IMG/VR virus record: IMGVR_UViG_3300032331_003728
Span: 1-53,309 of that record
Reading direction: 5' to 3' (one strand)
Origin: a virus
Lineage: Duplodnaviria; Caudoviricetes
Length of the DNA: 53,309 nucleotides
Both the position numbers and the translations under genes were made by a program. The notes below the pieces were generated by a model. It ran no database searches. It was given only the letters and a program-made list of their open reading frames with translations, and was not told the origin of the DNA. Below are positions 19,030 to 28,903 of this stretch, piece after piece (the stretch's first letter is position 1; each line of letters starts with the position of its first letter).

Positions 19030-21785
19030 TGGCCGCCAATCAAGTACCTGCAGGTTTAACACCAATAACACCTGAAGAGGTGCTGTTTGACCCTGTCCAA
19101 AAATTAAGGGTATCAAGCCCTCAGGCTTTAATTGACACCGACTTTGAATACGGTACCCAGATTTCAAAGTGGGAAAATTTAATCACTGTTGGAAACCGTC
19201 CATTTGTTTACGACACAGCTTCTCCTATTACCGGAATAACAGCAATCACGATGAGCACGTCATCAAGAACTGTCACGGTATCACTTCCAAGCACGACGGG
19301 TATTGCTGTCGGTACGCCAATATCGGTAAGAGATACTTATCTTGCTATTGCAAACGGAAACTACCTTGTTGAATCAGTTACGTCGAACGTTTCATTTACT
19401 TATACTGCTAAAGCCGTAAATACCGGTTCCGTGACCGCAATTCTTGACGCAAACAAGACGGTTATTTTCACAGGTGCAATTTTTACTGGTGCCGCAATTG
19501 GTGCGGCTCCAACAGTTTCGTACTCAGGCAACGCCGTAACCGTAACGACGACAATCCCTCACGGTTTGTCATTGGGTAATGAGGTTGCTATCACTGGTAT
19601 TACCACAACAGGGGCAAACCCTCCAAACGGCTCAAACTTTGTTGCAAGAATTATAAGCGCAACGCAATTTGTTGTTTATGTTCCAGCTACACCAACAGGA
19701 ACCTTAACCGCCACTTCGGCTGTTGTTTATGTTGTTCCTTCTGGACAGTTCTTGCACCGACCTTTTGACGGCGGTGTGATTTTTACAAACAACGGAACAT
19801 CAAACTATGAAGCCGCGATACGTCAGACTCGTCGTTACTTCCGTTATCAGTCAGGAAAAGGAATCCAGATGTCCTCTGGAACACTCCTAAAGCCAGACCT
19901 TCAACTCGACTCGTTGACATACGCTTCTGGAACAGGTTTGGTTACTGTCCAAACAAAAGAAAAACACAACCTGTATCCAGGTTCAACCATTGTTGTTTTC
20001 GGTGCAACAGAATCCGGATATAACGGAACCTTCACTGTTTACACAATTACTGGATACAATACTTTTACATACACTCCTGACACAACTCCGTCAGCAGCAA
20101 CAGCATCTGGACCTTATTACATTACTGTTTCCGGTTGGTATGGAAACGTAAACAGAATTGGTCTTTTTGACGAACAAAACGGAGTTTTCTTTGAGTTTGA
20201 CGGTCAAACCCTTTATGCCGTTAAGCGTTCATCTACATTCCAGATTTCTGGAAAAGTTTCAGTCACTGCAGGCTCTTGCACAGTAGCTCAATCAAACGCT
20301 GCTTTCCCAACAAGATTCTCAAAACAGTTATCAGTTGGCGACAAAATCGTTTTGCGTGGTGCTTCATACAGAATTACAGATATTGCAAGCGATACGTCAA
20401 TGACCGTGAGCCCTGCTTATCGTGGCACAACAACTGACTATGTTATATGCTCAAGAACTGTTGACACAAAATACGCTCAATCAGAGTGGAACTTAGACAA
20501 GTTTGATGGAACTGGTTCTTCTGGTTACAACGTAGACCTGTCCAAGATGCAAATGTTTTATATTGACTACTCTTGGTATGGGGCTGGTTTCATCCGTTGG
20601 GGTATGCGTGCGACAAACGGAAAAGTAACTTATTGCCATAAGATTGTCAATAACAACGTTAACTCCGAAGCGTACATGCGCTCTGGGAACCTTCCTGCGC
20701 GATACGAATCTGTATCCCAACCTCCTTTCACGTACATGGCTGCATCGCTTTCAAACGTTGCAACATCAATGACGGTTTCTAGCACTGCAGGATTCCCAAA
20801 CACCGGAACCCTTGCGCTATTCAACCAAACAACTGGTTGGGAATACGTCAACTACACAGGTAAGACAGCAACAACATTCACTGGATTGACAAGACAGCAA
20901 ACTGGTAACGCTTCGCTGGCTTTGACTATTACAGCAGGCTCTAATGATGGAACAGTTGTTTCAGCCTCAGGTCTACAGGTTGGTCAAAGAGTAAACGGAA
21001 CAGATGTTCCAGACGGAACATTTATCCAGCAAATCAGCGGAACAAATATCAAATTGAGTTCTGCTGTAACCGGCACAAACCCAACGGTGAACGTAACCCC
21101 AATGGGAACAAACGCCGCTCTTTCATGGACATACTCAGCAACAAACCCAATCGGGGTTGAGCTGGCATACCCAACATACGCTCCATCAATTTCTCACTGG
21201 GGTACTTCAGCGATAATGGACGGAAGATACGACGACGATAAGTCGCTCGTGTTTACTTACGGCTCTGCTTCGGCTGTTACAGTTGCCGCTGGAGCAACAA
21301 ACTGTCTGCTCGCAATCAGAGTTGCCCCATCTGCGGACAACGGAACGTCGGCTGCTTTCGGCGCAAGGGAACTAGTAAACAGAATGCAGTTGGTACTGCG
21401 AGCATTGGATGTTACTACCACTACAGCAGCGGCAAACTTGCTTATTACAGCTGTACTTAATGGTGTCCCATCCGCTTCTGCAACATGGGCAAAACCATAC
21501 ACGGTGACCTCGTCTCTTGCTCAAGTAGCAGACTACGGCGGTACCGTAACAACAATTGCTGGTGGTGAAATTACTGGCGGTTTCTTTGTTGGTACTGGTG
21601 CAAACTCAATCGACCTTGCAGCTGTTCGAGACCTTGGCAACTCGGTTCTTGGTGGTGGTAGCACGGTTACTACGACTGGTATATATCCAGACGGTCCAGA
21701 CGTCGTCCATATTTTGGTGCGCAACCTTGGTGCCACATCGGCAACAGTGTTCGCCCGTCTCTCATGGACTGAAGCACAGGCCTAG
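19029..21785 (+). CDS. 918-aa virion structural protein (beta-rich)
   Basis: KLRVSSPQALIDTDFEYG.Q..KWE, RQTRRYFRYQSGKG and MFYIDYSWYGAG.IRWG motifs; repeated HGL..G..V.I.G modules. Confidence 0.7.
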   Translation: MAANQVPAGLTPITPEEVLFDPVQKLRVSSPQALIDTDFEYGTQISKWENLITVGNRPFVYDTASPITGITAITMSTSSRTVTVSLPSTTGIAVGTPISVRDTYLAIANGNYLVESVTSNVSFTYTAKAVNTGSVTAILDANKTVIFTGAIFTGAAIGAAPTVSYSGNAVTVTTTIPHGLSLGNEVAITGITTTGANPPNGSNFVARIISATQFVVYVPATPTGTLTATSAVVYVVPSGQFLHRPFDGGVIFTNNGTSNYEAAIRQTRRYFRYQSGKGIQMSSGTLLKPDLQLDSLTYASGTGLVTVQTKEKHNLYPGSTIVVFGATESGYNGTFTVYTITGYNTFTYTPDTTPSAATASGPYYITVSGWYGNVNRIGLFDEQNGVFFEFDGQTLYAVKRSSTFQISGKVSVTAGSCTVAQSNAAFPTRFSKQLSVGDKIVLRGASYRITDIASDTSMTVSPAYRGTTTDYVICSRTVDTKYAQSEWNLDKFDGTGSSGYNVDLSKMQMFYIDYSWYGAGFIRWGMRATNGKVTYCHKIVNNNVNSEAYMRSGNLPARYESVSQPPFTYMAASLSNVATSMTVSSTAGFPNTGTLALFNQTTGWEYVNYTGKTATTFTGLTRQQTGNASLALTITAGSNDGTVVSASGLQVGQRVNGTDVPDGTFIQQISGTNIKLSSAVTGTNPTVNVTPMGTNAALSWTYSATNPIGVELAYPTYAPSISHWGTSAIMDGRYDDDKSLVFTYGSASAVTVAAGATNCLLAIRVAPSADNGTSAAFGARELVNRMQLVLRALDVTTTTAAANLLITAVLNGVPSASATWAKPYTVTSSLAQVADYGGTVTTIAGGEITGGFFVGTGANSIDLAAVRDLGNSVLGGGSTVTTTGIYPDGPDVVHILVRNLGATSATVFARLSWTEAQA

Positions 21786-21787
21786 AT

Positions 21788-22567
21788 ATGGCAACTATCG
21801 ACTTCCCGAACGGAGCGCAATCCGGGGACCAGCACACAAGCAATGGTAAGACCTGGACGTATAACGGCTCTGGCTGGGTGTTGGTAACAATACCAACGGC
21901 AATGTTCACAGCATCGTCTATTAATGGTTCAACGCTAGTTGCTGGAACTGTTCCTCTATCAAAAATAACTTCTGGAACCGAAGCGCAAACCATTGTGTAT
22001 AGCTCGGGTGGAGTTCCAACGGCGGTATCTGTGACCGGAGACGTGCTTATCGGCGGCACAGGTGTTACGGCAATAGCATCTGGCGTGATAGTCAATGCAG
22101 ATATCAACGCTTCCGCCGCAATTACTAATACCAAGATTGCTGGGACAGCAGTAACTCTTGCGGATTCTGGAACGGTTACCTCAGCAATGATTGCTGACTC
22201 AACAATTGTTGACGGAGACATAAGTGCTTCCGCCAATATCTCCCAAGGCAAAATCGCAGATATCTTGACAAATGCTCAGGCTGCAAGCTACACACTGGTA
22301 CTTGCCGACAAAAATAAGATTGTTGAAATGAGCGTGGCATCAGCAAACGACTTAACAATTCCTCCAAACTCGTCGGTGGCTTTCCCAATCGGCAGCCAAA
22401 TACAGGTCCTTCAGACAGGAGCAGGTAAGACGAGAATTCTGGCAGGCGCTGGTGTCACCGTGAACGCAACTCCAGGTATTTATCTGCGCGCTCAGTGGTC
22501 GGGTGTTACGCTTCTAAAAAGAGCAACAGATACATGGGTGGCAACGGGAGACCTTTCAGCTACATAA
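21788..22567 (+). CDS. Short fibre protein
   Basis: IDFP..W.YNG..W N-terminus; IVNADI/IVDGDIS repeats; C-terminal domain paralogous to that of 9737..12289 (NDLT.PP.SSVAF..G...GKTRILAGAGVT..ATPG.YLRA..S...W...GDL). Confidence 0.8.
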   Translation: MATIDFPNGAQSGDQHTSNGKTWTYNGSGWVLVTIPTAMFTASSINGSTLVAGTVPLSKITSGTEAQTIVYSSGGVPTAVSVTGDVLIGGTGVTAIASGVIVNADINASAAITNTKIAGTAVTLADSGTVTSAMIADSTIVDGDISASANISQGKIADILTNAQAASYTLVLADKNKIVEMSVASANDLTIPPNSSVAFPIGSQIQVLQTGAGKTRILAGAGVTVNATPGIYLRAQWSGVTLLKRATDTWVATGDLSAT

Positions 22568-22570
22568 CTT

Positions 22571-23377
22571 ATGGCCGTTTCAAGCAACAAACAAGTCGAT
22601 TCTGGCGGAAAAGAACCGTCTGCGCCAACGATTGGTACCCCACTGCTTGCAACAGGAACATCAGCAAGCGTTGTTTTTACTGCATCTACTTATATAGGTA
22701 AGGGGACGGTAACCTATAGGGCGACCTCGGACTCCGGCCAAACAGCCACTGGAAATTCCAGCCCAATCGTAGTAAGTGGAATGACAGCAGGAACAACAAG
22801 AACGTTCACTGTTGTAGCAATTTCTTCAACTGGGGTTGAATCGCCTTCATCCGCAGTGAGCCCTTCGCTTGTCATGGGTGTTGGTCCATCTGCACCGACA
22901 ATTGGTTCTGCGACTGGCGGTAATGCCTCGGCAACCGTTGCATACACCGCAGGAGCCACAGGAACCGCTGCTTCTGCAACGTACACTGCCACTTCATCAC
23001 CTGGCGGGTTAACGGGCACTGGAGCGTCTCCTATCACTGTCTCCGGCCTTACTAATGGCACTGCCTATACATTCACCGTGACCGCATCGACCGCTTTTGG
23101 CACTGCGACCTCCGCAGCATCAAACTCAGTGACTCCAGTAGCGCCTCCGTATTTCCCACCGTTTTTTCCACCGTTTTTCCCTCCGTATTTCCCACCGTTC
23201 TTCCCGCCGTTTTTCCCGCCTTACTTCCCTCCATTTTTCCCGCCATTTTTCCCACCGTATTTCCCACCCTTCTTCCCGCCATTTTTTCCACCTTATTTCC
23301 CGCCGTTCTTCCCACCATTTTTCCCGCCATTTTTTCCTCCGTTCTTTCCTCCATACTTCCCTCCGAGGTTTAAGTAG
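22571..23377 (+). CDS. FN3-domain protein with C-terminal (PP[F/Y]F)19 polymer
   Basis: Two FN3-like domains (PSAPTIG...SPITVSGLTNGTAYTFTVTA...SNSVTP) followed by a Pro/aromatic repeat. Confidence 0.88.
   Translation: MAVSSNKQVDSGGKEPSAPTIGTPLLATGTSASVVFTASTYIGKGTVTYRATSDSGQTATGNSSPIVVSGMTAGTTRTFTVVAISSTGVESPSSAVSPSLVMGVGPSAPTIGSATGGNASATVAYTAGATGTAASATYTATSSPGGLTGTGASPITVSGLTNGTAYTFTVTASTAFGTATSAASNSVTPVAPPYFPPFFPPFFPPYFPPFFPPFFPPYFPPFFPPFFPPYFPPFFPPFFPPYFPPFFPPFFPPFFPPFFPPYFPPRFK
23144..23371 (+). repeat. 12-bp imperfect tandem repeat, 19 units, encoding PPYF/PPFF (last unit PPRF)
   Basis: 228 nt read directly; synonymous codons vary between units. Confidence 0.95.
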
Positions 23378-23380
23378 AAA

Positions 23381-23959
23381 ATGAAATCAATTTACGACAT
23401 CGACCTCAAGTCATGGGATGGCGAACGAGATATTCTCAAGGACTGTGAAGGCAAGGTAACGCTAATCATTAATACGACTGGACACTGTGGAAACGCACCC
23501 CAGTTTGGAATCATCGAGGGTCTTTACCAAAAGTACAAAGACCTTGGATTTAACGTTGTTGCTGTTCCTACAAATGATTTTTGCGGCGGTGGAGTTACAT
23601 ACGGAGAGTACGCAGACGGTGTAAGAGATGCAAAGCACGCAAGGGATTATGGTGTTGACGAATGGAACGCTTCGTTTGATTTCTCCGAATTAATTGTTTC
23701 ATGGCACGAAAAGCAAGAAGAAAAGAAAAACACGCCACATGAGTTGTATCAAAACCTTATGACAAATGAGGAAAAAAGACTTAAGCAAGATATGACTGGG
23801 AACTTTGAAAAGTTTCTAATTAACAAAAAAGGCGAAAGAGTAGCAAGACTTACCAACGGTGTACTTCTTGAGTATGCGTACAATGACGGTTATTGCGAGT
23901 CTCCAGAAGTTGAGCTTGAAAAACTATCTAAAATGATTGAAGACGAGTTAGCAAAATGA
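23381..23959 (+). CDS. Glutathione peroxidase-fold protein (Cys type)
   Basis: SIYDI...GKVTLIIN...CG..PQ...LY.KY...GF.VVAVPTNDF...NFEKFLI.K.G. Confidence 0.85.
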   Translation: MKSIYDIDLKSWDGERDILKDCEGKVTLIINTTGHCGNAPQFGIIEGLYQKYKDLGFNVVAVPTNDFCGGGVTYGEYADGVRDAKHARDYGVDEWNASFDFSELIVSWHEKQEEKKNTPHELYQNLMTNEEKRLKQDMTGNFEKFLINKKGERVARLTNGVLLEYAYNDGYCESPEVELEKLSKMIEDELAK

Positions 23960-24849
23960 CAACCATTGATACATATCTAAAAGGTGACTACAGAAAGGCC
24001 TACGAGGTCACTCACCCAGTTTCTCTTTATGACATTCCTATTGCTTCTGCGGATGGAAAAGTTAAAGACATATTTGCTGGCAGGAAAGGTAAGGTAACTC
24101 TTATATTCAATTGCGCTGCTGGTTGCGGAAATATCCCACAACACGGAGTTATTGAGCAACTGAACCAGCGCTATGCAAACGAAAAAGACTTTGACATCAT
24201 TGCAGTAGTTGTCGATGATTTTCAGTGCCATGGATACAAAGAATTCCAAGATGGAATTGCCTCGTACTGCCAAACAATTGGTCTTGACATGTCGGTCGGC
24301 GAATTTGCTAAAAAGTATGCTGAAGAAAACTTTGGCACCACTTTTGAGTTCTCAGAACTCACAAACGCTAGATTTGACAAAGTCACATATGAATCAGACT
24401 TTGCGCCAAATACGGCCATAAATCAAACCCAGAATTCTCTTTGGTACTACCTAACCGAGGGCTACAAGGCAACAGTAAACAAACTAGGAATACCATATAC
24501 GGGAGAAGTGGTTCCTTGGTCAAAAGGACAAGAAGAACATCTTGGTGGGGATCCCATAGCGGCATTCCCAAAAAAGGGTAATTTTACAAAATTTTTGATT
24601 GATAGAACCGGAACCAAAACAAACCGATAGTCCAACGGCTTCCTGCTTGGTGAGAGAGACGTAAATGGGGAAATCTATCCATGGTTGGAAGAAAAACTTC
24701 TTGAAGATGGTCAAAAAGACTGGAACCCATTTTTGGGCGTGAAAGAAGATGGTCAGCCTTGGGTGAATCCACAGGTCAAAGAAAAGGGTGTTGACCTGTC
24801 GCTTGACCTAATCAGCAGAGACATTGACGAATTCCTGAGTCAGGCATAA
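23956..24849 (+). pseudogene. Glutathione peroxidase-fold protein interrupted by an in-frame TAG at 24628-24630 (nonsense mutation, sequencing error or readthrough)
   Basis: GKVTLIFN.AAGCG.IPQ and GNFTKFLIDRTG; the frame continues for 72 codons after the TAG (SNGFLL...LDLISRDIDEFLSQA), matching the paralog's C-terminus. Confidence 0.7.
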
Positions 24850-24875
24850 ACATCAAAATAAGATAGTCTTATTTC

Positions 24876-25493
24876 ATGGATTCGCCTTGGAAGATAAAAC
24901 CGGGATTTTTTGGAACTGGTCCAGAAAATATCCATATCATCAAGAACTTCATTGATGAAAAAGATGTAGCGACTATCGCTTCATTTGTACGGACCATTGA
25001 CGAGTGGTCAAATGGCTCAGATGAGGACATCTTTGACGAAAATGGGGTTTGCACCTACAGTGCCGCGTATTGGAATAACAGGCAATGCACCGCAGATATT
25101 TTGCAAAGAATCAATAAGGAGGTATACGACCTTATTGATTTCTATCTCGACAAGATGGCTGTGACCGCGGGTGAGATTTTTAATTGCAAACTACAGAAAC
25201 GACCACCATGCATAGTTAGATGGTTTGGTGGGATTGAACAACGTCCGCACGCCGACAAACAAATGAACGATGGCTCACCAAACCCGTTTCCCACATATGA
25301 CATCAACTCCCTTTTCTATTGGAACGATGACTTTGAGGGCGGAGAGCTTTACTATCCCGAACATGACATCGTTGTGAATCCAGAACCAGGACTTGCTGTA
25401 ATACATCCTGGGGATATTAATTACCTACACGGAGTCAGAATGATTAAGAGCGGCGAGCGCTACACGTCACCAGCGTTCTTTACGGTTGAATAA
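24876..25493 (+). CDS. 2OG-Fe(II) oxygenase
   Basis: HAD...YWNDDFEGGELYY...HGV...GERYT. Confidence 0.92.
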   Translation: MDSPWKIKPGFFGTGPENIHIIKNFIDEKDVATIASFVRTIDEWSNGSDEDIFDENGVCTYSAAYWNNRQCTADILQRINKEVYDLIDFYLDKMAVTAGEIFNCKLQKRPPCIVRWFGGIEQRPHADKQMNDGSPNPFPTYDINSLFYWNDDFEGGELYYPEHDIVVNPEPGLAVIHPGDINYLHGVRMIKSGERYTSPAFFTVE

Positions 25494-25494
25494 T

Positions 25495-26157
25495 ATGGGA
25501 CACGAACCGCTTCTTGCCAATACGCCAAGGATAGGTTTGTTCGTTGAATACCTACCACAGGATGAATGGGGGGTAGTAAAAGCATATTGCGAGAACAACG
25601 AAGAAAAATTTGAATTCGTTGGTCACAATCCAGAGATTGGTTGGAAGAAAAAGACTCATTCAGTTAACCCGAGCATAACGTTTCAAACTTCATTCCTTCC
25701 AACCAAAGATGAAATTGATTCTGGCGGCTACATGACAAACGGAGACAACTACAAAATTTCCATGCATGAGCCGGAAGATGCACAGGTTAACAAAATTCTG
25801 TCGTGGATGTTGATAAATGTTAGAGACACAATAAAGGAAACTTACGGAAATAAGACCTATTTTGAAAGTGGTCCCTGGCTGTCAATGGCTAAAAAAGGCG
25901 ACAACATGGGACTGCACTGTGACGGAGTATTTTTGGACAAGGTTGGCGCAGTCACCGACTTTTCTTGCGTTTATTATGTCAACGACGACTACGAGGGCGG
26001 TGAACTATACATGCCAATCCTTGGACTATCGATAAAACCAAAAGCTAATTCTCTGCTGATTTGGTCTCACACTTGGCACGAAGATATGGCCCATGGCGTG
26101 AAACCGATTGTTTCCGGTACTCGTTATATGTCGCAAGGCTTCTTCACAACTGTATAG
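25495..26157 (+). CDS. 2OG-Fe(II) oxygenase
   Basis: HCD...YVNDDYEGGELY...HGVKP..SGTRY; ATG at 25495 preferred to the TTG at 25486. Confidence 0.9.
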   Translation: MGHEPLLANTPRIGLFVEYLPQDEWGVVKAYCENNEEKFEFVGHNPEIGWKKKTHSVNPSITFQTSFLPTKDEIDSGGYMTNGDNYKISMHEPEDAQVNKILSWMLINVRDTIKETYGNKTYFESGPWLSMAKKGDNMGLHCDGVFLDKVGAVTDFSCVYYVNDDYEGGELYMPILGLSIKPKANSLLIWSHTWHEDMAHGVKPIVSGTRYMSQGFFTTV

Positions 26158-26160
26158 AAT
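26155..26160 (+). promoter_or_regulatory. -10 element TAGAAT of a probable leaderless transcript
   Basis: 6 nt upstream of the ATG at 26167; no SD sequence. Confidence 0.5.
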
Positions 26161-26166
26161 GGGTTT

Positions 26167-26832
26167 ATGAGAACCGAAATACTGAGCGACCCCCGCCTTG
26201 GCGTCATTGTTTACAAGGATGCACTGACAAAAGAACTTGACATAATCAACCGCCTGGAGTCGACTATTGGAAACAGCACGACAATGCCGTTTATGTGGTG
26301 CGAGGCCCTTGTCGGGTATTCGGAAAAAATGCCAGAATACCGAGATTGCGTGGACTGCAAGATTGGCACGACACACATAGACCACCTTCACCACTACCCA
26401 CAGTTTGCTGAACTGAAGAACATTTACAACGATACTGCCACTGCAATTCGTAAGTGCATGGACGACTATCAGAGTCGGTATAACATAAACATGCAATACA
26501 TGGAGGCTATTAACTTCATTCGGTATAAGGCAAATCAGCACTTCCAAGTACACACAGACCATGGATTTTCCTACACATGCACTGTCTCATCTGTTGTCTA
26601 TTTTAACGACGACTATGAAGGTGGTGAGCTTTGGTTCCCATACCTTGATTTAACCATAAAGCCAGAAGCCGGAGACATCGTGATGTTCCCGTCAACTTTC
26701 ATTTATGCTCATGCCGCAAAACCTGTAATAAGCGGAGTTAAATACTCTGGCGTAACAATGTTTGACTACAACGACAGAAATCATGACATCAAGGGTAGTT
26801 ACGACGGAGTCAGGGCTCCACTAAATCAATAG
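26167..26832 (+). CDS. 2OG-Fe(II) oxygenase
   Basis: HTD...YFNDDYEGGELWF...HAAKPVISGVKYS. Confidence 0.92.
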   Translation: MRTEILSDPRLGVIVYKDALTKELDIINRLESTIGNSTTMPFMWCEALVGYSEKMPEYRDCVDCKIGTTHIDHLHHYPQFAELKNIYNDTATAIRKCMDDYQSRYNINMQYMEAINFIRYKANQHFQVHTDHGFSYTCTVSSVVYFNDDYEGGELWFPYLDLTIKPEAGDIVMFPSTFIYAHAAKPVISGVKYSGVTMFDYNDRNHDIKGSYDGVRAPLNQ

Positions 26833-27374
26833 TGGCAGTTATCGGAATCTACTCGCCGGGAGCAATGGGCTCGACACTTGCTTACTCCTGCTCTCTAATT
26901 GGGCACAAAACAATATGGGCATCAGAAGGTCGTTCTGAAAAAACCATAATTCGTGCAAAAAAATTTGGGATAGAGGATGTTGTTTCACTCAAAAACCTTT
27001 TAGAAAAAAGTGATTTTATATTCTCGATTGCCAGCAACTTTGACGCATTTGAATTTGCTAGAGTTGTTGGATTAAGTGGTTTTAAAGGTATTTACGTTGA
27101 TTTTAATACCATGTATACGGATACCGACGGAAGTGAGCTTGAAAACATACTTGCCCAAAACAACATAAAGTATACCGAAGGGGCACTGCGCGGTTGGCCG
27201 ATTACCGAGCCATCAAGCGAGGATATTGGCGAGAAAACAATGTACCTCTCTGGCCCATATGCAGATTCAGTTAAGGAGTTGTTCGGTGGATTTTGGAGAA
27301 TAAGAACCATGCCAAAATCTGCAAAATTATTAAATCGAGTTCTTGCAGAGGAGATGGCAATTCTTTATGGTTAA
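26832..27374 (+). CDS. NAD(P)-binding domain protein (6-phosphogluconate/3-hydroxyisobutyrate dehydrogenase N-terminal-like)
   Basis: IGIYSPGAMGS Rossmann motif, SEGRS, SDFIFS, YVDFN; short, apparently lacking most of the C-terminal domain. Confidence 0.7.
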   Translation: MAVIGIYSPGAMGSTLAYSCSLIGHKTIWASEGRSEKTIIRAKKFGIEDVVSLKNLLEKSDFIFSIASNFDAFEFARVVGLSGFKGIYVDFNTMYTDTDGSELENILAQNNIKYTEGALRGWPITEPSSEDIGEKTMYLSGPYADSVKELFGGFWRIRTMPKSAKLLNRVLAEEMAILYG

Positions 27375-28071
27375 GGTGAATCTCAAACGAACATACGATA
27401 ACCCACCAGAAATTCGACAGTCCAGAATCACCCGTGACTGGATGGACGAAACCTACAAAAAACATGCATACCAATGTTTGCCGATGACCTTTGCAAATGT
27501 CTATGGATGGGAGTTGGTCCTTCCACAAACCGTTGTTGCCCAATGGGATGGCGGCAACACTGTTCCAACCATTCTTGAGGGTGAATCATATGGCGGAAGG
27601 CAATTGGCCTACGGCGGAATTGTTGGCATGGTTTCATTTTCTACTGGTTGGATTTTTGGAACCGATCCTGGATATGAGACATTTATTGGTGGATCACCAA
27701 ATTATGTCAGAGAAGACGCACAGGCTCTATCGGCAATTATCCCCAGTAGCTGGTGGCCAGATGAGTTTCAGATGAACTGGAAGATAAACAAAGTTGGCGA
27801 ACCTGTTGTTTTTGAGGCTGGTATGCCTTTCATGTTCTTTTCCATCTTTGAAAGCACGGTTTTGGAGAATGTAGATTTTACTGTTGAGAATCTTTGGGAT
27901 GATAAAGAGCTCATGAATAGCAGGCAAAAGTACGGTGATTTAAAAATGAAAAACAACCAAGAGCAGCCCTGGACCTGGACAAAGGGTATAAAAACAGGTC
28001 TTGATGCTGATGGTAATAAGATTGGTCCAACATTCACTGGAATGCCAAAACTTCAAATTCCAGAGCAATAA
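27367..28071 (+). CDS. DUF6065-like protein
   Basis: RDWMDET..KHAYQCLPM..AN.YGWE...GSPN...W.P..F.MNWK...V.FE.G.PF pattern (family recalled from memory); start refined to the ATG at 27367. Confidence 0.7.
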   Translation: MVKVNLKRTYDNPPEIRQSRITRDWMDETYKKHAYQCLPMTFANVYGWELVLPQTVVAQWDGGNTVPTILEGESYGGRQLAYGGIVGMVSFSTGWIFGTDPGYETFIGGSPNYVREDAQALSAIIPSSWWPDEFQMNWKINKVGEPVVFEAGMPFMFFSIFESTVLENVDFTVENLWDDKELMNSRQKYGDLKMKNNQEQPWTWTKGIKTGLDADGNKIGPTFTGMPKLQIPEQ

Positions 28072-28073
28072 CA

Positions 28074-28691
28074 ATGTCGATGCTCGATTACAGAGATTTA
28101 CTAACGAGAAACGTACATGTCGTTAATGACTTTGCAACCGATGATGAGCTGTCAAAAATCCTTGATAAATGCAATGAGTTTTCAGACTGGGACAACACTT
28201 GGCAAGAACATGTTGACGGACAGAGGTTCACTGAAAGACCAGACTGCCAGGAACGCATAGACGTCTCCTCTAGGGCGTTGGCGCTCGTATCTGCCACGGT
28301 TGGCAGGAGGTTGTGCTTTCTGTATGAACCGTATTTAAGAAAGTACCTACCTGGCTCGTATCTTAAAATGCATGCAGATGCAGAGGGGTACTACGGGGGC
28401 AATCCAGAGCCACTCAAAAACTACGACCCAAACAATCAGATGTCTGAAGTTCTCAATGAATACTCATCAATCCTGTACCTCAACGACGACTACCAGGGCG
28501 GAGAGTTATATTTCGAAGAGCTCGACCTGCTAATTAAGCCAAAAGTTAATCAGCTAGTATTCTTCCCAAGCGGCTCTGAGTTTAGACATGAGGTGAAGCC
28601 TGTTCTAAGTGGGGACAGGTACACCCTTGCCTCCTTTTATACGACTGATAAGCTTGTTGGCCTGCACGAGAGAATACGAGAACTTATATGA
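28074..28691 (+). CDS. 2OG-Fe(II) oxygenase
   Basis: HAD...YLNDDYQGGELYF...HEVKPV.SGDRYT. Confidence 0.92.
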   Translation: MSMLDYRDLLTRNVHVVNDFATDDELSKILDKCNEFSDWDNTWQEHVDGQRFTERPDCQERIDVSSRALALVSATVGRRLCFLYEPYLRKYLPGSYLKMHADAEGYYGGNPEPLKNYDPNNQMSEVLNEYSSILYLNDDYQGGELYFEELDLLIKPKVNQLVFFPSGSEFRHEVKPVLSGDRYTLASFYTTDKLVGLHERIRELI

Positions 28692-28903
28692 AACTTGGAA
28701 AATATGACTCTTTAATGGCAAAGAATCGCGCTGCACGGTTCTTGACTGCGTCAATCGGGGAGATGAGTCAGTTGATGGCAAGCGAGAACATGGCTCCTGT
28801 CTATTCTGGGGAAAATCCACACGAAGAAGGAACCATAGAGTACAACGCTTTTATGCTCATATCAAATGAGTACTCCGCACTGGAGGCACTGAAAGATGGA
28901 TGA
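28688..28903 (+). CDS. Hypothetical protein
   Basis: ATGA-coupled within the operon. Confidence 0.55.
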   Translation: MKLGKYDSLMAKNRAARFLTASIGEMSQLMASENMAPVYSGENPHEEGTIEYNAFMLISNEYSALEALKDG

